This document shows, in pieces, positions 51,670-62,276 of a stretch of DNA of 64,000 nt. Both the position numbers and the translations under genes were made by a program. The notes under the pieces were generated by a model, which saw only the letters and a list, made by a program, of their open reading frames with translations, was not told where the DNA came from and made no database searches. Where the stretch lies: contig OX597815.1 of assembly GCA_951406725.2 (NCBI GenBank), forward strand, positions 118,172,001 to 118,236,000. The letters are read 5' to 3'. Every line of letters begins with the position of its first letter. Position 1 is the first letter of the stretch. Source of the stretch: Octopus vulgaris (lineage: Eukaryota).

Positions 51670-52160
51670 TTTTGTTTAGGATGGAACAAAAATAAGGTTA
51701 TAAGCAAACATATACAATTAGTTTAATGGATACACATTTGAAAATGGTTTTGTTTCATTGGTCCTTTCAACTAACGATCTTTACAATGACCTGTTGCATG
51801 CAATGAACAAATTTCAGTATAAAATCGAAGAAACCTTAAATCAAAAGTAGTTTATAACGAAGGACAGGTTCTAATTATTTGTAAAATATTAATCAATTAA
51901 TACATTAAAACTTATATCCGTTTAAAAAAATTTTCATGTTGGATTACATATACATTTAGCAGTATATGTACATACCAAGACATCTGTAATATACATATAT
52001 ACACTAAAACATACCGATGCATGTACATAGCTACATACATATACTAACATAAATATATATACACAAGCATATATATAAACAATTGCAGCGTGGAAGGTGT
52101 TTGTAAGCCATTTAAGAAACACACAAAAGCCGTTCGATTCACTTCAACATTTAAGTTTAA

Positions 52161-52211
52161 TTTGTCAAAATATTTTCGTCGCTATAAGACCGCGACCTGT
52201 TCACTGACAAA
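52161..52211 (-). ncRNA. Type I hammerhead motif, G3:C8 covariant, 7-bp stem I
   Basis: Minus strand reads UUUGUCA GUGAACA G GUCGC GGUCUUAUA GCGAC GAAA AUAU UU UGACAAA. Confidence 0.7.
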
Positions 52212-52725
52212 AATCCACGCTGCAATTATTTTCGTTCCAGCACACGATCTCAGATCAAATCACTTGCTATGCAAGTACATCTCCGTAAGCATATATATAT
52301 ATATGCGCATAAAATCCTGACGTATTCTTACACAAGTCAGTTGTTACAGGCGAAAGAAACAGAAGGAAAAATCAGAAAATATTAAGTATGGGGAGGAGAA
52401 AGAAAACAGTGGAGAAGAAGAAAAAGAAAAGAAAAGAAAGAGAAACAGAGAGCTAGCGAGAGAAATGAGAAAGACAGATAGGGGCAGAGAGTGCTACATT
52501 ATGATGCTCGAAAGTAACCAACAACGTTTGGATATTTCATATAGCTTGCACAACGAACACATGAAACTACATGTATATCTACATAAGTATAAATATACAT
52601 ACAAATATACACATATATATATAGGCAAACAAATATACAAAAATATGTACACAAATACATGCTCACATATATAAAAGTACACACGCATTTATATATGTAT
52701 GCATATATATATATGCATATATATA

Positions 52726-52771
<46 letters not shown>

Positions 52772-52827
52772 TATGATAGATCGTTAGCTACTTCACACAT
52801 TTTCTTCTCTCCTTGTTTTATGTGTCC

Positions 52828-52863
52828 CTTTCTGTAGAAGAGCATAGGCTCGAAACGTAAAAG
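52828..52863 (+). ncRNA. Minimal type I hammerhead-like motif (U at position 6)
   Basis: CUUU CUGUAGA A GAGC AUAG GCUC GAAA CG UA AAAG. Confidence 0.6.
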
Positions 52864-52953
52864 ACTTTTTCTATTCCTGAGCGTTATACTAATACATCTG
52901 TTTGTTTTGTACACCACCTGTCTTCGTCTTTTGTTGTTTTTTTCGTAAATTCT

Positions 52954-52993
<40 letters not shown>

Positions 52994-53029
52994 TACACAC
53001 ACATACATATACATACCTACAATACATAC

Positions 53030-53293
53030 GTCACTCTTTTCAAGCCTAGCCAGGCTCATGGGCCCGGTTTCCCGGTTTCTGTGGCGTATATGTTCCCGCC
53101 AACTGGACGGGACGCCAGTCCATCGCAGCGTTACTCAAGAAACAGGAAGAGAGAGTAAGAGAAAGTTGTGGCGAAAGAGTACAACGGGGGTCGCCACCAC
53201 CTCCTGCAGGAGCCTCGTTGAACTTTTAGGTGTTTTCGCTCAATAAATGGGAATCGACCGCTAGTCCGCTGCCCTAACCATTGCGCCTCCAAG
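53030..53293 (-). mobile_element. tRNA-derived SINE family D
   Basis: 14-bp TSD CCTACAATACATAC; same family at 57811-58080 (+), 29615-29898 (-), 50148-50390 (-). Confidence 0.85.
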
Positions 53294-53328
53294 CCTACAA
53301 TACATACACATAAATATATAGAGACATA

Positions 53329-53560
53329 AAGGCGGCAAGCTGACAGAACCGTTAGCACGCCGGGCGAAATGCGTAGCCGTATTTCGTCTGCCGTTACGTT
53401 CTGAGTTCAAATTCTGCCGAGATCGACTTTGCCTTTCATTCTTTCGCGGTCGATAAATTAAGTACCAGTTACACACTGGGGTCGATGTAATCGACTTAAT
53501 TCGTTTGTTTGTCCTTGTTTGCCCCCTCTATGTTTAGCCCCTTGTGGGTAATAAAGAAAC
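53329..53560 (+). mobile_element. SINE family B (Nin/Deu-like central domain), young copy
   Basis: aaggcggcaagctgacagaa..gagttcaaatt..gactttgcctttcat..gtcgataaattaagtacc; 13-bp TSD ATATAGAGACATA. Other copies: 7971-8185, 10510-10728, 19313-19522, 20396-20610, 39303-39950 (+); 19915-20110, 33075-33260, 40185-40398 (-). Confidence 0.85.
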
Positions 53561-54178
53561 ATATAGAGACATATTTACATCATAACGCATAACAATTTTT
53601 AAAAACTTTTCGGTGTGTATGATATTAAAGAAAAGGATATATAAGGAAATTGTACATTAATTTGATGTAACGTAATTAAATATGTGAGTAAAAATAAAAA
53701 TAAACCTCGGCGAAGCTTAAGCTTAAAATTAAATTTATAAAACATTTTACCCGTACGGGTAAAATGTTTTTACTTTCGCATTTGAATTTGACTTTTACTG
53801 TCGCATTTGAATTTGACTTTACACGGTATAGTTATTTTGCATCTCAACACTAATGTATATTTCGACTTCATTTTTAAGAAGTCCCTCGACTGTTTTATAA
53901 ATTTAATTTTAAGCTTAAGCTTCGCCGAGGTATGTTTTTATTATTTTTATTTTTATTTCTATTTTTACTCGCGTATTTAATTATGTTGCATCAAATTAAT
54001 GTACAATTTCCTTATTTTACATTTTAATATTATACACACCGAACAGTTTTTTTTTCTTAAATTGTTTTCATATATACGTTATGATGTAGATTTGTCTCTA
54101 TATATTTATGTGTATGTATGTATTGTAGGTATGTATATGTATATAAATGCATGTATGTGTGTGTGCATATATATATGC

Positions 54179-54231
<53 letters not shown>

Positions 54232-54330
54232 TACATATATAAATGTGTATGCATATGTGTGTATACTTTTATATATGTGAGTATGTATTTGCGTACATAT
54301 TTTCGTATTTTTGTATATTTGTTTGCGTAT

Positions 54331-55400
54331 CCAGCCACTATTCCTCTGTGATTCCCAGTGCTCGAAAGGAACTCAGTCACTTTGTCTCCGTAAGGCCCAA
54401 TGCTCGAACAGTGTTTATGTGACACCACCATCAGCTCACACACTGTCTTGCAGTCTTTTGGTCCTCACGTTGCTGAACATAAGTAAACTTCTTTTCTGTT
54501 TCTCCCTTGGCTCCTAGCTTCCCTTCTGGCAATCTGATACAGTTCCCTGCTACCTCCACTCTTCCAGGCCTGCTTTTTTGCTCTAATGCTCTTGTCTACC
54601 GCATTGTTTCACCACCACGTTACCCTAGGTTTGGATGGGACTTTGCACCAGCTGCAGATTTGGTCTGTAGCATTCAGCTGGTTGTACCGCAGGAATTCCA
54701 AGTTTCCCTCTATGTCACAAGTCTGTAGTTCCTCCTCCATCTCATCAAATTTCTTAATTAGGATATCTCTAAATCTCTGACCATATGAAGAGTCCTTAAA
54801 CTTCTAAATCCTTCTTTTCCAGATTGGTCTGCTTCTTGGCAACCTTCTGGCTTGGAGTCTAAAATCACTAACATCTTTGAGGTAGCCTGCAGAAGAATAT
54901 CATAATGGTGGTCCTTCTGTTCATTTGGTAAGCTTACTTGTGGGGTATAGGTAGAGATAACTGTCGTTATGATATTCTACAAGACTATCCACCTTGACTA
55001 CCTATATGATATTATCCACCCATTTCTCAACAAGAAGTATGCCTACACCACCTACCCCATCATTGTTACCTTCCCAGAAAATTTTATACCTATGTGTCTT
55101 GCCTGTGAGAAACCTGGCTGAAGCTCCTCTCCATCTTACCTCTTGTATGCACCATACATCGATATGCCTCTGTTCAAGCCTCTCAACAATCTCACTAGGC
55201 CTACCTTTCAATGTGCCTATATTGACAGTGACAACTCTGAAAACTGGGAAAGAGAGATGGTATTCGGCACCTGAAAAGGTTTCATTGATAACAGACATGT
55301 TACATCAGTTGTTCTCACTTTAGCCTAAGTAACATATCACCTTTTGGTGCATGCAGTAGTGTGAGCGATCGTTGGTGGTGCGGAAGGAGGGACAAAGATA
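54331..55400 (-). mobile_element. RTE-clade LINE 5' fragment (APE endonuclease)
   Basis: ORF 55002..55298: VVTVNIGTLKGRPSEIVERLEQRHIDVWCIQEVRWRG...GVGGVGILL. The downstream part is reverse-complement similar to 58500-58830. Confidence 0.85.
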
Positions 55401-55830
55401 AGCAAGTCTTCAGGTACAGAAGCGAGGCAGAGTCCTGTAGTGGTTTTCAGTACTGAGGATAGATTTCCACTATAGGTGGTGGGGTTGGGATTAGGTGGGA
55501 GCGGTATAGGGGGTGGGGATGGGATTGGGTGGGATCAGTATAGGTGGCGGAGTGGTATTGGGTGGGCGCATCACGGTCAAACAATGGTCCTTTTTACTAG
55601 AGAGCAATCACAAAAACATTATGAAACAGAGAGAAAACTAATGTTTTAGGGAATAATAATACTTGTTAGTATTACGGATTAGATGAATGACTGAAAGGAT
55701 TAAAACAAGAGAATTTTTTTTAGCTTAGTTGTGCATATAGCAAGTGTCAATAACATCAACAACAACAGTGAAGCGTGCAACATGAAAGTCTGAGAAAAAA
55801 CCATGTGCTAATGCTCCTATATATATATAT

Positions 55831-56016
55831 ATAATTATTTAAAATTATAATTTAGAGTATCTAAGAGATACCTCTACGTTGGAAATAGCAGTCCAAACTT
55901 GACTCTAAAACCACATTAAATGTTCATATAGCACCAGGAGAGAAGACAAAGACAAAATACGTGTGCATACGTGCATATATATGTATATACATTCGTATAT
56001 GTAAGTATATCGTATG

Positions 56017-56068
<52 letters not shown>

Positions 56069-56303
56069 ATTTATGTGTTATCTGAGTATATTCCACTGAT
56101 GAAGGCAGAGCATTTCTTATGCACAGCCAGAAATCCGGGATCTGGAATTATCCAGTAATTTTTTTGCTAGTTTATTTTGTGTCTTTGTCTTCTCTCCTGG
56201 TGCTATATGAACATTTAATGTGGTTTTAGAGTCAAGTTTTGACTACTATTTCCAGCGTGGAGATATCTCTTAGATACCCTAAATTACAATTTTAAATAAT
56301 TAT
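55831..56303. repeat. Inverted repeat with arms of about 125 bp
   Basis: 55831-55955 vs 56181-56303; the loop holds (TA)n and an HHR motif. Confidence 0.9.
56090..56148 (+). ncRNA. Type I hammerhead ribozyme motif
   Basis: AUUCCA CUGAUGA A GGCAGAGCAU UUCUU AUGCACAGCC A GAAA UCC G GGA UC UGGAAU: 6-bp stem I, canonical core, AUC site. Confidence 0.75.
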
Positions 56304-56416
56304 TAGCTTTGAAAGGTTTTTATTCCCATGTTGGCCACCTGATAAGATCGGTATTTAAATATCAATCTTATCCTTATTTATATAAATATGTGTGTGTGTA
56401 TGTGAATAAATAATAA

Positions 56417-56459
<43 letters not shown>

Positions 56460-56460
56460 C

Positions 56461-56494
<34 letters not shown>

Positions 56495-57445
56495 GAAGTA
56501 CCAACACACCTGTTTTTGTCCTCATTCTTTCTCTCCCTCTCACCCTCTGAGTGGTTAACCACGTGTCTCCTCTACAGCAAAATCCTGTTTTTATCCTTCT
56601 GTCACACTCTAACCTCTCATCAGGCACAAGGCCACCTCCTCCAATGCCCCTCCTTCACACACACGTACACATACACATGCACTCATATATATATATAGGT
56701 CAAAACAAAAGCAAGGAAAAATAAATGCAGTGTTTTCAAATAAAATTCCTCTGTTGTATTTGTTCTTCACTGAGACGCAGACAATCCCTTATCATTCTAA
56801 CAGAAATACAAGTGCCAGTAATTACTTTCCTAGAAACATTGATCCAATGATGCTTTTGTTCAGCAATTCTGATCTAAACAAACCACATGCAGACAACCCG
56901 CCCCTTCTTCAGTTTGTGAGACACTCCACTTGCTTCCTGCTTTTGATGCCTGCCTTTGTTTCAACAAGTTTCAAGTGGTTGCCGCCTTAACATCTGGTCA
57001 CTTATTCATGCCAACTATTCTTTGTTATACAACACAATAAATCTACAGTCAGTAACAACTTTTCCTGATGTCCCACACTTGATTACTTGTTATATTCACC
57101 AATGGCCCATACATATATTTTTTGTAATACATATATTGCCTAGCTCACAAAGAATAAGTCCTGGGGTTGATTTCTTTGACTGAAAAAGTGGTGCTCTAGT
57201 ATGGCCACAGTCAAATGACTGAAACAAGCAAAAGAATATATATATTTAAAAATATCAATTGGCCAAAACAGTTCTAGTTCTTACAAAGATAGACTCAACA
57301 CTACATAAATATGTTCCTATATCTCTTTTTCCCTCTTTCACAATCTTTTTATGAATATCCGATCGAGTTTATCCGACACAGGCTCTCTGTAGTTTCATTG
57401 TAATATTCTTTTGTTAATACCTTTTTTGATGTTAGCTTTATCTTT

Positions 57446-57559
57446 TGCACTGAGGAGAATGGTCATACGTAATTAAATTAATTTGATTATTATTATAATT
57501 GATTTAATTTTTCCATGCTTCTTACATGTTGGTATTATCATTTGAAACGATCGTATGCA
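57446..57559 (+). ncRNA. Type I hammerhead ribozyme motif with extended stem-loop II
   Basis: UGCA CUGAGGA GAAUGGUCAUAC...GUAUUAUCAUUU GAAA CGAUCG UA UGCA: palindromic stem III, GUA site. Confidence 0.7.
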
Positions 57560-57810
57560 TGGATTAAAACTTTATAAAAGCTTTTAACATCTTCTCTTCT
57601 CCATTTTTTAACTGTTAGCTGAGTTTATATAGTTTATATAGGATTATATCCTGTAAGTGCTCATGTCACATTTTTTACTTGTTATATTTTCATATTCTAA
57701 ATACTTGCAATTGCAAGCTACTTCTTTGATATAAAGAATCTTTATTACAAATCTAACTTTTTGGACACTACAAAATGTTAAAAATGTTCTCACACACATA
57801 TATGTCTATA

Positions 57811-58080
57811 CGTGGAGGCGCAATCGCGGTTTCGATTCCCAGACTGGGCGTTGTGTGTGTGTTTATTGAGAGAAAACACCTAAAGCTCCACGAGGCTCCG
57901 GCAGGGGGGGGTGGCGACCCCTGTTATACTCTTTCGCCCCAACTTTCTCTCACTCTTTCTTCCTGTTTCTTGAGTAACGCTGCGATGGACTGGCGTCCCG
58001 TCCATCTGGGCGGAACACATACGCCATAGTAACCGGGAAACCGGGCCCATGAGCCTGGCTAGGCTTGAAAAGGGCGCATA
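57811..58080 (+). mobile_element. SINE family D
   Basis: gtggaggcgcaat..ggtttcgattcccag head; cgatggactggcgtcccgtcca body. Confidence 0.85.
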
Positions 58081-58099
58081 AAAAGATATGAATATATAT

Positions 58100-60300
58100 G
58101 AGTGATAGAGTGCTAGTCTTGCAGAATAGCAAAGTTCATTTTTATGATATTCTTATTCAGGCTACCTCGAAGACGAATAACAAGGATCTCATCTTCATGG
58201 CTGGGGACTTCAATGGGCATGTCAGACGGCAGCTCAGTATTTTCTATGGTGTACATGAGGGCCATGGAATTGGTTCCGGAAATGAAGAGGGAACAAAGCT
58301 ACTGGAGTTCTGTAATGTAAATAACCTATTGATCTGCAACATCAACTTCAGGAAGACGACTAGCCACCTGATAATCTACCAATCAGGTGGCTATTCTAGC
58401 CAGATCGATTACATTCTCACCAGGCAGTGGGATGCATGGTTGCTCTTAAATACAAAGACCCTCCCTGGTGAAGAATGTATCCCCCAGCATAGACTAGTCA
58501 TTAGTGATTTTAGACTCCAGGCCAGAAGAATGCCAAGAAGCAGACCAATCTGGAAAAGAAAGATTGGGAAGCTTAAAGACCCTTCATGTGCTCAAAGATT
58601 TAGGGACATCCTAATTAAGAGATTTGATGAGAGAGACATAGAGGGCAACTGGGAATTCCTGCGAGACAGCTTGGGTGGTGCGAAGTTCCATCCAGATCTA
58701 GAGTAATGTGGTGGTGAAACAATGTGGTCAAAAGGGCCATTAGAGCAAAAAACGGGCCTGGAAGGACTGGAAGAGTGGGGATAGCAAGGAACTGTATCAG
58801 ATAGCCAGAAGGAAAACTAGGTATATCTAGCCAAGGGAAAAACAGAAAAACAGAAAAGAAGTTTGCCTATGTTCAGTGACGTGAGGACCAAAGAACTGAA
58901 GTGCTTCAGATTGCAAGACTGTGTGAGAGAAAGTCGTGATGTCATAGGAGAGAAGTGTGTCCGCAGGGATCATGGTGTACTTGAATTTAATGATCCTACG
59001 AAGAAGTAGGCTTGGAAATGCCATTATGCAAACTGCTGAATGCGGAGAATGAATAGGAGGAGGAGAGTCTGCCAAATTTGACCCAATTGAGGGACCAGCT
59101 ACCCGAATCGACAGTACGTTGGTAGATAAGGCAATTAAGGATATGAAGACAAGAAAAACCTCCGATCTATCAGGAATCACTACTGTGATGCTTAAAATAT
59201 CTGGCGGTGTGGGTTACCTGTATTGTATATCAGGTGGTTCACGAAGGAGTCATAACCAATGTCTGGTGTAGCAGTACCATAGTCAACTGCTACAAAGGTA
59301 AAGGTGATGCCTTAGATAGAAATAATTACAGAAGTATCAAATTGCTGGATCAGGTGATGAGAGTTGTGGAGAAAGTCATAGCCCAACTAATCAAGGAGAG
59401 AGTTAGCCTAGATGAGAAGCAGTTTGGTTTTGTGTTAGGGAGAAGCACTACTGATACTATATTTCTGGTAAGACAGCTGCAGGAGAAATACATAGCCAAA
59501 TATAAACCTCTGTACTTGGCCTTTGTTGACTTGGAGAAAGCCTTTTGACGTAAGAAGCATCAGATGTGGTGTGCAAGAGAGACGACTGTGCTGCTATGGT
59601 CATGTGATGTGTACGGATGAGGACAGCTGTGTAAAGAAGTGCCAATCTCTACCTGTGGTAGAGGTAGACCCAGGAAAACATGGGACAAAGTGGTGAAGCA
59701 TGATCTTTGAACCTCACAGAGGTAATGACTAGTGACCAAGACCTTTAGCAATATGCTGTGCTTGAGAAGACCCATCAAGCCAAGTGAAATCGTAGTCATG
59801 GCTGATGTTGGTGTCATGTAACTGGACCCATGCTGGTGGCATGCAAAGAGCACTGTTCAAGCATTGGGTCTCAGGGAGGCAAAGTGATTGAGTTCCTCTT
59901 GAGTGTTGGGCCTCACAGAGGCAAAGTGGTTAAGTTCCTTTCAAGTGTTGAGCTTCACAGAGGCAACGTGGCTGAGTTCCTTTAAAGCATTGGGCAGACA
60001 ATGACCAAGACCTTTGGCATTATGTCATGCTTGAGAAGAAGACCCATCAAACCGAACAAAATCACAGTCGTGGCAGATATCGGTGTCATGCAAATGGCAC
60101 CCGTGCCGGTAGCACGTAAAAGCACCCATTACACTCTCGAAGGGGTTGGCGTTAGGAAAGAGATCCAGCCGTAGAAAACCATGCCAAATCAGACTGGAGT
60201 CTGGTGCAGCCATCCAGCTTACTAGGTTTGGTCAAACCGTCCAACAAGTGCCAGCATGGACAACAGACGTTAAATGATGTTGATGATGATGATGATGAGG
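58100..60300 (+). mobile_element. RTE-clade LINE, degenerate and internally deleted (APE, RT, 3' UTR, (GAT)n tail)
   Basis: AGDFNGHV, SQIDYILTR, QHRLVISDF (APE); YKGKGDALDRNNYRSIKLL, QFGFVLGRSTTDTIF, AFVDLEKAF (RT); ends in gatgatgat. Confidence 0.9.
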
Positions 60301-60324
60301 ATGCTGATGTTGATGCTGATGATG

Positions 60325-60384
<60 letters not shown>

Positions 60385-60878
60385 CTGAGTGATTACCAGA
60401 ATGTAACGCGAGTTGTTATGTTGAGGGCGAAAATGATGATGTTTAAAGAAAGATAGTGGTCGAAGTTGTAGATATTTCTCCATTACATATGATAAAAGCT
60501 AAACCACGACAGGCAGGTATGTATAAAAACAGTGGTAAAGCATACGAGGTAACGAGAATCATATTTTCTTGCAAAAGGGTAGATTGCATTGGACTTAGTT
60601 ATTCCCTGCCATTCTAGCAGCCATAACTAAATAGATAAGTGATGTTGTCGAAAGTGAGTGAGTGAGAAAATAAGAGAGTGGCAAACAGGACAACTGTATC
60701 GTTGGTGAATTCCGTAGCTGTCCCTCTATGACGTTCTGTCGAGACGGTATTTCGAACCGGTCGGTTTATTCCTGACAAAACAAAAGATCGTTGGCTAGGG
60801 AGAATTTACAGATTCAGTTTCGAATCTCAGGTAGGGCCAAGCGAGGTTCCACACTAGCAACCGACAGAGAGTAATGAT

Positions 60879-60971
<93 letters not shown>

Positions 60972-61483
60972 AAATGGGACAATAACGCAAAACATCCAGA
61001 TAGACGATACAAAAAAACACGGACGTGTCATTCGAAGCTTTTAATATTCGGTCAAGAACCGGATCATCCTCGTAATTTCGGCTGAAGAACACATTTCACT
61101 ATATATATATATGAAACATAATTAGGGGATAAAATCATTAAAATTAATGTATTTTATCAGTGGCCAGCATATAAAAAAACCTTTTAGGTAAAATACATTT
61201 ATAAAGGTATGTAATTGTATAGGATACAATTACACTTAAGGGCACAAAAGCTATCATGCCTATATGCTGAAGGATAACGCCAAATACACCCTACCACTTC
61301 GAAAATTCACTCCGCATACAATTACACATATTATTATATGTGGAGTGAATATTCGAATATATAATTATATGTGCAATTATATGAGGAAGGAATATTCAAA
61401 GTGGTAGGACGTATTCGGCGTCGTCCTTTAGCATACAGACTTGTGTGCTCTTAAGTATAATTGTATCCTATACAAATATAATT

Positions 61484-61533
61484 CTCTCTCTCTCTCTCTC
61501 TCTCTTAAGTATAATTGTATCCTATACAAATAT

Positions 61534-61622
<89 letters not shown>

Positions 61623-61627
61623 TCTCT
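61484..61627. repeat. (CT)n microsatellite
   Basis: Long CT run split by a duplicated spacer (cttaagtataattgtatcctatacaaatataatt). Confidence 0.9.
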
Positions 61628-61668
61628 GTATATATATACATAGATAGATAGATATATATAAATACACA

Positions 61669-61886
61669 CAGTAATCCCTCACCATATCGCGGTTCACCTA
61701 TCGCGTTTTACTATTAAGCTTACGTCGATTCTTCAGTGGTGTTGTTTTGCATTTATAATAAAACAAATATATACAAATTATAAAAATAATTTAAAAAATA
61801 TATAGTACATTACTGCTTCTACTTCGCGGATTTTCACCCATCGCGGGTGCGGAGTCGTAACACCCGCAATAGTCGAGGAATTAATG
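61669..61886. mobile_element. Tigger/pogo-like MITE
   Basis: Imperfect TIR CAGTAATCCCTC / GAGGAATTAATG with internal repeated ATCGCG motifs. Confidence 0.55.
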
Positions 61887-61906
61887 TGTGTGTGTTTATG
61901 TGTGTT

Positions 61907-61968
<62 letters not shown>

Positions 61969-62276
61969 CGTGCGTGTGTATGCGTGTGTGAATGAGTAAT
62001 AATTCACCTACACTATGAATTATTGCTCTAAAAATCCCAAATAAAAGACAAGACACGTCCTTTGAAAGTAGACGTATAGAATCATAATTAAGAGGGTAAG
62101 TAGGTGTGCGTGAATTTGATTGCTTGTATCCAGAACGTCTGACTATAATAGCACTCCTTTCGGTAACTATGTAAAGAATTCGTGTAATATAACTTCAAAT
62201 ATTTATCAAGGGACTGTACTGTAGTTTGTTAAAGTTACCTCCCTTGAAATATAGACGAGCGAATTAGTAATTAAGT

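Larger units (their letters stand above)
52621..54330. repeat. Large fold-back (inverted repeat) with nested insertions
   Basis: Left arm 52621-53745 (interrupted three times) is the reverse complement of right arm 53890-54330. Confidence 0.85.

Noticed and set aside
60380-61100. CpG-rich segments between microsatellites with GAAA-containing hairpins
   Set aside because: Probably young repeats of a similar kind, but I could not assemble a complete ribozyme fold or a recognisable ORF.
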